Assembly: GCF_006345805.1 (NCBI RefSeq)
Contig: NC_042998.1
Coordinates: 178,560,001 to 178,624,000 of the forward strand
Direction: 5' to 3'
DNA: 64,000 nt
Origin: Octopus sinensis
Taxonomy: Eukaryota
Below the pieces are notes generated by a model, which did not search any database, was not told the origin of the DNA, and was given only the letters and a program-made list of their open reading frames with translations. The position numbers and the translations under genes are program-made. Shown one piece after another: positions 1 to 13,152 of the stretch. The first letter of the stretch is position 1. The number at the start of each line of letters is the position of its first letter.

Positions 1-380
1 TTCATCATTGTCATTATCATCATCATCATCATCATCACTACTGTTCCCGACATCACCATCACTGCCATCCCATCGCTGCTACCATTGCCGCTGCCACCAC
101 CAAAACCACTGACACCACCACTACCACCACCACCACCACCATCATCATTTACATTACAAGGTTATAAATTATGGATTCCAGTTCTGATGCTATTCTTTAA
201 ATAATGTCTATATTTTTAAATATTGTTAAGGGTTTTGTAAAAACTTGTTAACATCATCTGTTTCATCATTGCTGTCGTTTTCATCTTCATCATTGTCCTT
301 CTCCTCCTTCCTTCCCCTCCTCTTCTTCTTCCAACCCCCTCATCGTCGTCATCATCATTATCACCATCATCATTATCAAT
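1..380. repeat. (CAT)n/(CAC)n/(CTT)n low-complexity microsatellite tract
   Basis: Directly visible imperfect trinucleotide runs. Confidence 0.9.
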
Positions 381-619
381 AACATAAAAAATAATGACAA
401 ATAGAAGAATACTTGGTGGCCACCCATTTGGTTAGATTATAGTTAATATAGCAGTATGAATTCTGAGATAGAATCTACAATCTATTGTAACAAAATAGAA
501 GCACTTATCTTAGTCTGTTTTATATATGAGTGTAGAGACATTTTAGTTTAATATTTTAAATCGTATATGATGCCAGCCTGCAGGCTTTCCTGCCTCACAA
601 ACAGCAATCAGTCCTTTTG

Positions 620-1242
620 GTTCCTTGCCAAAAGGATTTCTATCAAATTTGTGGAATCCTCCTACCTACCACACCACAACTAAGATGTCTCTGCCAGCTG
701 TACTCTTAAAGGGAAAAGTTTTCAAACTTACTGCTCACTTTGCATCCAATTCCACATTGTACGCTCTTGGCACATGCACACTTTGGAAAAATTCCACACT
801 TTTCTTCTCCACTTCATCGACCTCACCAACTGCAAACACCCCTTCCAGTAACTTCAATCCAACAAGGCTGCTAGCCCTAAGAATGTCCTTCTAATATTAC
901 CTTTACTGTACTCCATTACTAAGTCCTGTCCTTCACAAATTTCTTTCTCTCTCTCCCTCCCTCTCTCTCTCTCTCTCACTCTCATATATCCTGATATTTT
1001 GAAACAGACTAAAGTGTGTTCCATTCCCAAGAAGAGAAGCCCCTCTGACCCTGCCACCTATTAACCTATCCCTCTCAATTCCAATATCTTAAAAGTGATA
1101 GAACAATTGTTAACAAACTCTTTCTCTAACATGTCTAATCCTTTTTCTTCCTTGGTGACTTCAGTATAGTTTAAGCCTGCAGAGATTATACTCTCCTGCA
1201 TTAATTACCTGTGGGCCATGGCCCTTGAGAAATTTAGCAAAA
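620..1242 (+). mobile_element. Degenerate CR1/L2-type LINE reverse transcriptase, 5' part (interrupted by mariner)
   Basis: Translation gives AHFASNSTL and IPKKRSPSDPATY*PIPLNSNILKVIEQ, matching the LINE RT motif PIPKKG..S.P.NYRPIAL.S.LSKV.E; contains stops and frameshifts. Confidence 0.7.
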
Positions 1243-1244
1243 TA

Positions 1245-2527
1245 TCAGGTCATACCATAAGTTCTGTCTGATTTTACCTTTTTATAAATTGAATGAAATT
1301 TAATAGTATTTTAGAATGTCTGATGGAATTAAAAATTATTTTTATGCATTTGTGTATATTTGAACTAGTTAAATATTACAGAATAATAGAATTAAAATTT
1401 CTTCGATTAAAACCCTTTCTCACATGGAAGTAACCAAAGAGCATTTGTGGCACATAATGCTTTGTGAGTACAAAAAGGAAACTCTGCAGCCGAAGCGACT
1501 GGAAACATACACTCAGTTTATGGGAAAGAATGCTTGAATGAAAGAACTTGCAGAAGATGGTTTGCAAAATTCAGAAGTGGAGATTTCAGCCTTGAAGATG
1601 AAGATCAAACAGGACATCCAGTTGAGTTTGATGATAAACTCCTTGAGGCATTACTTGAAGAAAATCTTGCATTATTAGTTGAAGAATTGGCAATAAAGCT
1701 TATATCAAACCATACAGCTGTTCATTGTCATCTTCAACAACTTGGAAAGGCTCCTAAACTTGGAAAATGGGTGCCTCATGAATTGTTTAAAAGTAACCAC
1801 AAATCCCGGTTTGACATCTGCTCTTCTCCCCATTCTCACAAACTCATTTCACCCTTTTTGGATAGACTTGTGACTGGTAACAAAAAATGGATCGTCTATC
1901 GAAATGTTAAACGTCGCAAACAGTGACTTGGTAAAAGGGAAAAAGCTCAACCACAACTGAGAAGGGAACTTCATGGGAAAAAGGTTCTTCTCTCTATATG
2001 GTGGGATTGCAAAGGAATAATTCACTTTGAATTGTTACCACCTAATGTAACAATCAAGGCTCAAGTCTACTGTCAGCAATTAGAGCATTTGAACCAAGCT
2101 TTGAAGAAGAAAAGACCCACTTTAGTGAATCGAAAAGAAGTGATGTTTCATCAGGACAATGTGTGACCCCACACTGCAAAGATCACATCACAGAAGATCG
2201 AAGAGCTTGGTTGGGAAAAAGTTCCTCATCTACCTTATTTTCCCGACCTTGTTCCTTCAGACTACCATTTGTTTCATAGTTTACAGAATCATTTGCGGGG
2301 ACATAACTTTTGCAAACCAGGAGGTGGTCAAAACTGACATTTCAGAGTTCTTTGCTTTGAAACCAAAAGAGTTTTACATTGATGGGATTAAAAAGCTTGT
2401 GAATAGATGGAAGGAAGTCATAAATAATGTGGGAAAGTACATTGATGATTAGATTTCAATTGAATATAACATTTGATCACTTGTTTTCTTTATTCAAAAT
2501 TCGGACAGAACTTATGGGATGACCTGA
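1245..2527 (+). mobile_element. Full-length (~1.28 kb) degenerate mariner (D,D34D) transposon
   Basis: TIRs TCAGGTCATACCATAAGTTCTGTCTGATTTT (1245-) and AAAATTCGGACAGAACTTATGGGATGACCTGA (-2527); TA at left junction; internal transposase. Confidence 0.95.
1424..2452 (+). pseudogene. Mariner transposase pseudogene
   Basis: MEVTKEHL..., RTCRRWFAKFRSGDFSLED (HTH), WVPHEL, LVTGNKKWI (first catalytic D mutated), HQDNV*PH, Y.PDLVPSDYHLF; several frameshifts and stops. Confidence 0.92.
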
Positions 2528-2529
2528 TT

Positions 2530-3595
2530 AACCTAATACTTGTCCATATCAAGTTCAAGAATCACCTGACTAAACTACCTACATACGGCTCCATCCATAT
2601 CTTGTTTCTTGGATTAAAAGCTTCTTGTTAGCAGATTTCATCATCATAGTATGTGGAAGAGGCTTTCTCTGATCCATTTTCTCTTGACATCAATGTGGCA
2701 AAAAATTCAGTTATATCTTCTTTGCTCTAATTCCTGTATTTTAAAGATGCCACCTCTAATATCATTTTAATGCAGATAATGTCACTTTTTACCCATTTCT
2801 AACTGTACAGGCACCATCTATATATCATTTAGACATATGATATCAAAACTCCATTACTTTTATGAACAGAGAGACCATGAAAACATTTTCTAAAAGGACT
2901 CAATAATCTTGTCTTCTTCAGTGGCATAAAGATACAATCTCTAAACATATCAAAGAAACAATCTTATGCCTCTCTCTCACAGTTATTGAACAACATACAA
3001 CTAATACCCTTGAAGTTGTTGCATATATTAGACCTCATAATTACTGGTGATCTCTCACGGCAATCTTGCATACGTAATAGAGCAAAACTGCATTCCTGTT
3101 TAAGGACTAAAAATATTTCCCTCTAAGCAGTTGCTGATCTGAGCTCTAATGTAATATTTTTCTGGTGTCTGGAACTGTTTTGAAGTTACACACAAGAATA
3201 TCCCAGATCACTTTTAAATAAAAATCTCACTCTCAAATACACTTTTGATCCTTAGATAAACTGCTCCTTATTCTGCCTTTCCTGCTGTCACTACCATTGC
3301 CTCTGATCATCAGGACTAGCCAGCTCAGTAGCATCATCAATCCATGTTCACATAACTCACTCATCCTTTTGCTATTTGTACTATATAACTCCCATCCTCC
3401 TCTGAGCCAACCCTAACCTTCTGAAATCACCTTCTCTTTGACATTTTTCCAGCAGTCATTGACTTACATACGTTCCAAGTGAACATCAATGACATTAATC
3501 ATAACAGTCTTGGAAAGCCTTTGAAGGTCATGGACACTGCTCTTTCCTTCTAACTAGATCATTCAAAAGAAAAAAAAAAGAAAGAAAGAAAGAAA
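2530..3595 (+). mobile_element. Degenerate CR1/L2-type LINE RT, 3' part with A-rich tail
   Basis: Resumes after the mariner with TKLPTYG.HPYLVSWIKSFL-like and NADN (YADD-equivalent) remnants; ends in an A/AAAG-rich tail at ~3565-3595. Confidence 0.6.
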
Positions 3596-3969
3596 TTGCT
3601 ATGCTATCAGAGAATGTCTATGGAGAATATTTTAGATTGGTTTTCTGTGGTCTTCACCTGATATAATATGTAGATATAGAATAGGTACATCACACTTCAT
3701 GGTGTCATCATATGTGACTAAAAGGGTCTGATTTGGATATGCTTCACCGAGGAGGTCTAAGAAGACCAAAACATGCCTATTACTTTCAGTAGTTGGCTTA
3801 AAAACCAAATCAACTCCTGGTATTGAATTTTCTATATCTTCCAAAATTTCAAATAAGTGATTTTATTGAAACCTCTTGACTGTTGCTTTTAGAGTTTAAA
3901 CATCCCTACAGGGGATTTTTGTATATAATAATGCAGATAATTTTAGTTAAGTTTTTCAACTTATTATGC

Positions 3970-4310
3970 TCTTTTACTCTTTTACTTATTTCAGTCATTT
4001 GACTGTGGCTATGCTGGAGCACCACCTTTGTAAGCCTAGTATTTATTCTATCGATCTTATTTGCCGATCCGCTAAGTTACAGGGACATAAACACAAAAAT
4101 CGGTTGTCAAGCGACGTTGGGAGGACAAACACAGACACACAAACACACACACAACACACACACACATATGACGGGATTCTTTCAGTTTCCATCTACCAAA
4201 TCCACTCACAAGGCTTTGGTCGACCCGAGGCTATAGTAGAAGACACTTGCCCAAGGTGCCATGCAGTGGGACTAAACCCAGAACCATGTGGTTGGTAAGC
4301 AAGCTACTTA
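3970..4310 (-). mobile_element. tRNA-derived SINE family S1
   Basis: Shared family sequence (..GGTTCAGTCCCACTGC..GGCACCTTGGGCAAGTGTCTTCTACTATAGCC.. core, CA microsatellite, AAAGAGT tail); more than a dozen copies in the window. Confidence 0.85.
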
Positions 4311-5055
4311 TGTTAAACATGTGATGAGATTCTACTTTATTTCTATATTAAAAACTTTGCCAAACCTTTTTTTTAATTGCATTCATTTGGTAACCCCTTT
4401 CAGGGCCATATTTTATCTGCAATGTACCAATCCTAAACAGTTCTGAAATTTAACCACCTCCTTCAACCAAGCTGACCTTATTCTCAAGTTTGGAGGAGAG
4501 GTGATGTAAAAAGACTATGATGACTGCCTCTTCTTTCCATACTAAAGACTAGAGAAGTAATCAGATATGTCTGTCTATACTCCACATTTATTCCATTGTA
4601 TTCCTCTCTGATGGTGCCATACTAATCTTTCCCTTGACCTATCTCTCTCCTCTTCTTACCATCACTATCTCTCTCTCTCTCCCTCTCACTTTCTTTTACT
4701 CACTTCCTCCTTCCTTTTCATCAGCATTGATTAAAAAAATTTGGAAACTTTTAATCCAGTTTGCTTAAAGTTTCATGATTCAAACATTAATGCTGAGGAA
4801 TAGCAACTGTTGTATTCAGATTGAAATCATCTTTCTCATGTTTCCTTTGGTTGCTATCAGAACCTACAGACATATACTCGAGTGAAAAAAGGACTCTTTA
4901 AATAGTCACTCAATTTGCTAGAAATGGCAGCCAAATTTCCTTTAAACCACACCCTACCATCTAAAATAAAGAATATTAGATATTCAGATAATATAGTTTC
5001 ATGTTCATTCCCTAATGACAATATGGTCCTGCTACATTCCTGAGAGTTTGTTTAA

Positions 5056-5277
5056 CCCTTTTGATACCAACCTGGCCAAAGCCGCCTCTGGCTCTGTAGT
5101 ACAAATGTCTTACTTTCATAAGTTCTGAATTAAAATCTTCCACCAAACCTTAGTCGCAATTTATGTTCCCAACACTAGCTTAATGATAACTAAGTTCTTT
5201 TACTAAATTCTTTGTTATATTTAAAATTAATTGAATGAAACACAGAGCATCTCAAAATAAATACGGTAATGAAAGGG
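5056..5277. mobile_element. piggyBac-like MITE (TTAA TSD)
   Basis: TTAA|CCCTTTTGATACC ... GGTAATGAAAGGG|TTAA: CCC/GGG termini and TTAA on both sides. Confidence 0.8.
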
Positions 5278-5424
5278 TTAATCAAGGTTGACCCAGGACT
5301 GAACAATAAGAACAACAACTGGAGTACAGAAACAACTGAACTGCAAAAAGCATACAAGATGCCTAGAAGTGTAACACTGCAAACTCTGTGTGTGTGTGTG
5401 TATGTGTGCATGTGCGTGCGTGTA

Positions 5425-7078
5425 GGGTTGGCCAAAAAGATTGTTTGATTTTTATCAAGTGGAAATTAGACACAAGTTTTAAACTCAAAGTGATTTATTC
5501 AGTCAAATGATATAATTACACTTTCATTCCTGTATCTTCTACCAACTTGTGGGCGTTGCCAGTATTCCCTACTTAAAGAATTTTTTGCCTTTACTGGTGA
5601 AAAAAATCTCGAGATAAATTTTTACATTTTCTTCAGAGATGACAGTCTGTTGATTCAATTAATTGTGAAGAGATAAAAACAGGTAGAAATCTGGAGATGC
5701 AAGGTCAGGCAAATGTGGAGAGAATGTAGCAAAACTTCTTAGCCAAACCCAAGTAACTTCTGCTATGTCTGCAAAGAAGTGTGCAGTTTGGCATGTGATG
5801 AAAGACAATGCCCTTATGATTTGCAAGTGCCAGATGCTTCTGGTGGATAAACTGCATTTAATTTGTCCAACTGGTCACAGTACATGATTGAACTGATGGT
5901 CCTGTTCATGAGAAGAAGCTCATAAAAGACAGCACCTTCCCAATCCTATCAGATTGAAAGCATAACCTTCTTCGGGTGAAGTCCTGTTCTGGTGGTTTGA
6001 TGCACTTCCCCCATAATCATTTGCACTTCACATTCATCATCATCGTCGTCGTCGTTTAACGTTCGATTTCCATGCTAGCATGGGTCGGACGATGGCTGCG
6101 AACCAGATGGCTGCACCAAGCTCCAGTCTTGAACTGGCAGAGTTTCTACAGCTGGATGCCCTTCCTAATGCCAACCACTCTGAGAGTGTAGTGGGTGCTT
6201 CTTACGTGCCACCTGCATGGGAGCCAGTCAGGCTGTACTGGCAACAACCTCACTCGAATCTTTTTACACATGCCACCGGCACAAGTGCCATTAAGGCAAT
6301 GCTGGTAACGATCACGCTCAAATGGTGCCTTTTACATTCCACTAGCACGGAAGCCAGTTAGCCACTCTGGCAACGATTATACTCGGGTGGTGCTCTTGGC
6401 ACCCTACTAGCATGGGCATTGTTTTAGACAATCTGTTTTTCACCCCTGTCCCCATTCTCTTAAAAAAAAGGATAATTTTCTTCAGGCACCCGCAATGAAT
6501 TGCAGATGGAAATCCATTGAGCAAGGTTTACCACATTTAATTGATGTGGGACCCAAACATTGAGCTTGCTGATATAACCAGATTGATGCAGATGATTTTC
6601 AACACTAAATCTGGATATCTAGAGAACATATGCAATCATTCCGGTTGTGAAATGGGGGTTGGTGTTAACTAACTTCTTCATTGTGTCTCTCTTAATCTCA
6701 GTTGACTAACCAATGTGAGGCACATCTTGAGCTGAAAAATTTTAGGATTGAAATCTTAAAAACCACTTCTGGCACACATATTCCATAACAATGTCCTTTC
6801 TGTACACAGTGCATATCTTCTTGCAGGGTTCCGTCACTTTCTTGCTTTTTTGATATAAAAAAGAACGAGGTATTAATAATGTTTGTTTTGGCTCTCCATT
6901 TTCAGGGTGATTCCAAACATACAAAATACAACCTGTCTCCACCCAAGTTTGTGTTGAACTATGTTGGAGTGTCAAATATCTAACAAGTGTACAAACCCAA
7001 GGGACAGACTGAAGTTAGCTACTTATTAAACTGCTTGAAGCTTAGTGTTGACGAAAACTAGACTTTTTGGCCAACCCA
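5425..7078 (-). mobile_element. Degenerate mariner transposon interrupted by an S2 SINE
   Basis: TIR core GGGTTGGCCAAAAAG at both ends; minus-strand transposase remnants (KKVTEPCKKICTVY..VCQKWFLRF; PFFKRMGTGVKNR = FLKRIVTGDEKW region). Confidence 0.85.
6035..6416 (-). mobile_element. SINE family S2 ((GAT)n tail) inserted in mariner
   Basis: Family motif GGCRTTAGGAAGGGCATCCAGC; CATT on both junctions; splits the transposase between the TGDEKW-like and NVKRK-like segments. Confidence 0.8.
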
Positions 7079-8419
7079 TTATATAATAAACCATTGCATG
7101 TCAGTATGCAAAAGATAATCCTCCACTGGGTAACAGAGGCATGGTAGAGCTGCAGCAATTGATGTGTGGATTATATTTTGTTGCTTATTTAAGTACCTAT
7201 GTGGAATAGGGGTCTGCTTGGTTAGGTCTGAGATGAGGCCAAACAACAATAACAATGACATTAGTCCCATCTCAGGAATATTAGTGGCATGAAACAAAGG
7301 CAAATGTTCATAACCATACATTAAATTCATATCCCCCAAAAGTTGCTACTTTCAGCAACACTTGGCAACATTGAGCTAACTGTAAAGCCTTTACTTTGTT
7401 GTTCAACCAGCTAGAAATAGCAACCAGATCTCCCTAAATCACATCATATAGTCTTAAAAGAGAAGGTCATACTGGACAATGTAGGTCCTCATACACAGAA
7501 AATCAGGATGGTCATGGCTGGAACCATGATCATTGATCTTCTTGATTAAAGCTGACTTGAGGTTAAACAAAAGCAATAGCAATGACAGCATTCACAACAT
7601 GTTTCCTGTATGATATAGATTTCTTGCCTCTACACAGAGCCACATTTTAATATATTTGAAGAATAAGACTGTGTGATGTTCATTCAGAATATTTTCAAGG
7701 AGAAAATTCATGTAAAATAGTGAAATATCTACAGCTGTGAGTCAAAATTAGGTCATGGCATGACTTTCAGAGAATTTACCTCAACTCTGCAATACACATA
7801 ACATATTTCCTTCACTGGCCAGTTATTATATTACAAGTTCTTCACAAAAAAATATTATTTGTACTTTGCAGTCATATTTTTTTGTTTTCTTTTTTGGAGA
7901 TTGTTATCAAACATTGACTGATAAGTTTTCACCTCATACTTACCATATACTAAAGACTACAACAACAGCAAAACAAGAAAAACTAAAGATTTCATCTATT
8001 TCTTTTGGAATATTTCTTGTTGATAACATTGCTGGCAAGGAGAATGGAAAGGGTAGCATTTACTTTTTAAATCTAAATAGATTTACACTCAGCTGTATAT
8101 ATATATATATATATATAACTCATGTCATGAAACTTTTACTTACAACACAATGCATAATAATGATTTAGACCTATTGTTTAATGAAAGATAGAAATTTTCC
8201 ACACTAATGAGAACTGACTAAATGATATAATTTCTCACATTTTAGTAAATAGAATATGTTTTGTTTCTGGATACACCCATATTAGCTTTGACTAACAATA
8301 GTGCTTTAACTACAAACAAGAATGTTGCTATTAGTTAGTTGCATTGCAACACATTTTTCACAAATCTTCCATGTTTCAGTTTGATTATTTTTATTGTATG
8401 ATTATTACCTATTTCTTTA

Positions 8420-10045
8420 CTACCCACAAGGGGCCATACACAGAGAGGACAAACAAGATTAAGTCGATTATATCGACCCCAGTGCGTAACTGGTACTTAT
8501 TTGATCGACCCCGAAAGGATGAAAGGCAAAGTCAACCTTGGCAGAATTTGATCTCAGAATGTAGCGGCAGACGAAATACTGCTAAGCATTTCGCTCGGCG
8601 TGCTAACATTTTTGATTATTACCATTAAGATGGTGAGCTGGTAGAATTGCAAAATTTCTTCTGGCTTCTTAGATTCTGAATTCAAATTCCACTAAAGTCA
8701 ACTTAGCCTTTTATTTTTTCACTGTCAAAAAAATAAGTAACAGTTGAATACTGGGGTCAATGTAATCAAATAGCCCCCTCTCCCAAAATATCAGGCCTTT
8801 TGCCTCAAGTAGAAAGAATTATTATTATCATTATTAAGATGGTGAGCTGGCAGAATTGTTAGCATGCTGGACAAAATAATTAGCAGCATTTCTTCTGGCT
8901 CTTTATGTTCAGAATTCAAATTCCATTCTTGTCGACTTTGCACCTCGTTTTTCTGTGTCTATAAAATAAGTAATGGTTGAACACTGGAGTCGATGTAATT
9001 GACTAACCCCTTTCCCCACCAAAAATTGCAGGCCTTGTAGCAAAAATTTGAAACCACTATTATTTAAGCTGATGAAGGCAGCTAGCCAGCTGAATCAGTA
9101 GTATACCAGGCAAAATGCTTTGTGGCATTTGATCAGTCTTTATGTTCTGAGTTTAAATTCTACTGAGGTCAACTTTGCCTTTCATCTTTTCAGGGTAAAT
9201 AAATTAGGTACCAGCTGAACACTGGAGTCAATATAATCAACTTACCCACTCCCATAAAATTGCTGGCCTTGTGCCAAAATTTGAAACAATTATTATTTAA
9301 CCTGATGAAGAGGCAGAATCATTAACACATTAACTAAAATGTATGGCAACATTTCTTTCGGCCCTTTATGTTCTGAGTTCAAATTCTGCTGAGGTCAATT
9401 TTGCCTCATTATCATCCTTTCAGGTTTGATAAAATAAATACCAGTTAGGATAATGTAATTGGCTTTCCCTACCCTCAAAACTGCTGGCATTGTACCAAAG
9501 TTTAGAAAGAATTAATATTCGTTTCAAATTTTAGCACAAGGCTAAGTCAATTAGATTGATCTCAGTGCCCAGATGGCACTTGTTTAATCAACCCCAAAAG
9601 GATGAAAGGTAATGGTAGAAATTGAACTCAGAACATAAATACAGACGAAATACCACTAAGCATTTTGCCTGGCATTCTAACAATTTTGCCAGCACTACAT
9701 CTGAGAAAGAATTAATATTGTCATTATTGAGGCAGCATGCTGACAGAGTTGTTAGCACTTTAGACAAAATACATAGTAGCACTTCTTCTAGCTCTATATA
9801 TTCTGTACTCTCTTACTCTCTTTTATTTGTTTCAGTCATTTGACTGTAGCCATGCTGGAGCACTGCATTTATTCAAGCAAATCAACCCCAGGACTTATTC
9901 TTTGTAAGCCTAGTACTTATTCTATCGGTCTTTTGCCAAACTGATAAAATACAGTGACGCAAACACACCAGCATCGGTTGTCAAGCGATGTTGGGGGGGA
10001 CAAACATAGACACACAAACACATATACACACACACACACACACAT

Positions 10046-10084
<39 letters not shown>

Positions 10085-11450
10085 CCTACACATATATACG
10101 ACAGGCTTCTTTCAGTTTCCATTTACCAAATCCACTCACAAGGCTTTGGTCAGGCCGAGGCTATAGCAGAAGACACTTTCCCAAAGTACCACGCAGTGGG
10201 ACTGAACCCAGAACCATGTGGTTCTTAAGCAAGCTACTTACCACACAACCACTCCTATGCCTGTGTTGAAATTCTATTAAGGTTGACTTTGTTGTTCATC
10301 CTTTCGGGGTCAATGATAAAATGAAGTACAAGTCAAATACTGAGCTGATGTAATAGCCCTTTTCCCTCAAAATTGCTGGCCTTGTGCCTAAATTAGAAAC
10401 AATTATAATCATTATTGCATTAGAAGCAATTATTATTATCATTATTATTGAGGTAATTAGTGTACTGAATTAACAAAATTGTGAGAATGTCTGAAAAAAT
10501 GCCTTGTAATATTTAGTTACAGTTCTTTATGTTTGCCTTAAGTCCCACTGGCATCAACTTTGCCTTGCATCTTTTGGGTTCAGTAAGATTTGATACAAGA
10601 CATGTACTGGAGTGAATTTAATCAACTAACAATTTCTTCATAAATTTTTGTAGCCTTGTGACTACACTATGAATAATTATTCATGTCAATAGTTTTTGTA
10701 ATTCTCCCCTCAGTTCTTGTCCTTGTTGCAAATAAAGGAACCATCATCATCATCATTATTACTTTCTTTGCTTTTCATCCTTTTGGGGTCAATAAAATAA
10801 GTACCTGTCAGACACTAGGGTCAGTGTAATTGACTGTCCTCTTCTCACAAAATTTCAGGCTTTTGTACCTTTTTTTTTTCTGCGCCCTTTTAAAGCCTAG
10901 CCAGGCTCACGGGCCCGGTTTCCAAGTTTCTATGGCGTATGTGTTTCCCAGCTGGATGGGATGCCAGTCCATTGCAGTGTTACTCATTTTTGCCAGCTGA
11001 GTGGACTGGAGCAATGTGAACTGAAGTGTTTTGCTCAAGAACCCAACATGTCGCCCGGCCCAGGAATCGAAACCACAATCTTACGATCATGGTGCTGACA
11101 CCCTAACCACTAAGCCACACACTTCCACTTTTGTACCTATAGTGAAAGGATTATTATTATTAGGTGGAGAGCTAACAGAATTATTAGCATGCCAGACGAA
11201 ATGCTTTAATGACATTTCACCCGTCTTTTTGTTCTGAGTTCAAATTTCACTCAGGTCAACTTTGCCTTTCATCCTTTCGGGGGTCGATAAATTAAGTACC
11301 AGTTAAGTACTGGTCTTGACGTAGTCAACCAGCCCTCTGTTAAAATTACAGGCCTTTTTCCTACAGAAATAATTATTATTATTAAGGCAGTAAGAATTGG
11401 TAGTACTTGCCCCTCTCCACATATTTCAGGCCTTGTGCCTATTATAGAAA
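8420..11450. repeat. Cluster of about 10 diverged S3 SINE units (mostly + strand, ~200-235 bp each), interleaved with one S1 (9808-10262, -) and one S4 (10880-11125, -)
   Basis: Recurring GGTGAGCTGGCAGAAT..TTCTGAGTTCAAATTC..GTCAACTTTGCCTTTCATCCTTT..GGCCTTGTGCC followed by (TTA)n. Confidence 0.8.
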
Positions 11451-11502
11451 CAGCATCATCATCAGCATTATTATTATTATTATTATTATATTATTATTAT
11501 TA

Positions 11503-11533
<31 letters not shown>

Positions 11534-11726
11534 GAGTGAGAGAGCAGTGCATGTCATCAAAGGGACATTGGGGTACAATATATCCATATGACTATCCATC
11601 TGATAAAGGTACACCAGGAATGTGCATGACATGGTGATCTCATATCAAGATAAACAGCATATGACCTTGCAAGTAGGGTCCAGTTAGAATTTTCTTCAGG
11701 TCAAGTAGCCCATCCCACTCAAAAGG
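11534..11726 (-). mobile_element. 5'-truncated copy of TAA-associated non-coding element (family T)
   Basis: Homologous to 31458-31975; abuts (TAT)n at 11470-11533. Confidence 0.75.
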
Positions 11727-12870
11727 AACCATCGTTGGCTTTCAATTAAGCTTACTTCTTCTCTATTAAATCTTGTGAGTTATTGGTCATGAAGTGGCTT
11801 TTTTTTCTCTCTCCAGTTTTGCTTTGGTGTGTTCTGGAATTTCATTTTGATTTTTTTGTTTTTGTTTTTTTAACCTTTTCTGTTATTTTGTCTTCTAAAT
11901 TTCTTTCCTCACTGAAAGTTAGTTTCCAGTTTGTACTTTATCACTTCCTTACATACAGAGAAAAGTTTTCAAAAGTTTTCATGTTTCTCTCCAACACTTA
12001 TCAGCTTCCCTTTAACACTTACCAGCTTCCCTCAAACACTTATCAGCTTCCATTTATTACTTACCAGCTTCCCTTTGCTTGCTTCTAAGTATTTTCTGGC
12101 TCTGCTGTTGTTATTTCATAATGATTTTCAGCTTGTATCAAACTCTGTACTCCTAGTGGATGGGTACATATATTTTCTCTTTATCAGCTTTAATTGTGAG
12201 GTGGCTTCGAATCATTGACAGTAGTTTCCTGGGGGCCTTTGTTTTGTTTAAGCATTTCAATACACTTGACTTCTAAATTGCTAAGTTAAAATTAATGTTT
12301 ATAACTGGGATGGCTTGCACTTTTATACTTGCTGTTGTATTCCTAGTATTGAGTTGAGTTTAGCCTGTCTCTTCCATAATATTCTTTTCTAATTTCCCTT
12401 TTTGTTTCTAATTTACTCCCAAGTATTTATATAGTTAGTTCTGGTTTAATTCTCTGGTATCTAATTTAATGTTTTCACTTTTAGTTCATTTGCCCATTTT
12501 TATAGAAGCTTTGACACATTGGTTAAAATCCTACACATTCTTATGCCTTGGTTGAATTTATGAGCAATATTTAGTCGGTTTGCCAATTAGATATTATTCC
12601 CAGCAAATATTTCAAGTCAGCTATGTAGAGGTATTTGTTTATAGTTTTCGCATAGCATCTATAACTAATGTTGGGTTTGTTAATTGAGTTAGAGCTAGGC
12701 AAAAGCATAGGAGTATAACATACCTATATAAATCTATGGTCAAAGGTATTCAAGCTGCATTCATCCAGTTTTTGTTTAAGGTACACGGCACCAGGACTCC
12801 TTTATTCTGGTAGCCCTTTATTCTCTTTTTAAAGCGGTTTGAGAAAAATTTGCCTACTAGATCTGGCAGA
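11727..12870 (-). mobile_element. Degenerate Dong/R4-clade non-LTR retrotransposon RT region
   Basis: Minus-strand remnants LCFCLALTQL (GDSLSPL.FCLAL), NKYLYIADLKY (HLLYMDDLKLY), YKYLGV, QAIPVI, RKLLSMIRSH..KADKEKIYVP, KKPLHDQ; many stops and frameshifts. Confidence 0.8.
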
Positions 12871-13109
12871 TCAAGCAACCATGTAGAAGCCTCTTCTTTT
12901 GTTGTGATGAGGAGGACATGTGGACAAGTGATAAGGTATTGGGATGTAGAACCTCACAAACAAAGAGATGTTGGACAGATATGAGAGACCAGTTAGCATA
13001 TCAGTTAATAATAGTAAAATGGGTAACAAACAGTTCTATATTTAAGAGATTAGGAATTATGTACATTATTTACATTTGACAGATATTTGTCCTCATCTTG
13101 TTTGTTGTT

Positions 13110-13152
13110 AACACGTTTCAGCTGATATACCCTCCAGCCTTCATCAGGTGTC
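13110..13152 (-). ncRNA. Minimal type I hammerhead ribozyme motif (Penelope-type), 2-nt deletion near cleavage site
   Basis: Reverse complement GACAC-CTGATGA-A-GGCTG-GAGGGTATAT-CAGCT-GAAA-CGT-GTT. Confidence 0.65.

Noticed and set aside
9069-9095. CTGATGA hits at 9069, 9302, 38300 and 55136 as hammerheads
   Set aside because: No stem II followed by GAAA and no closing stem I.
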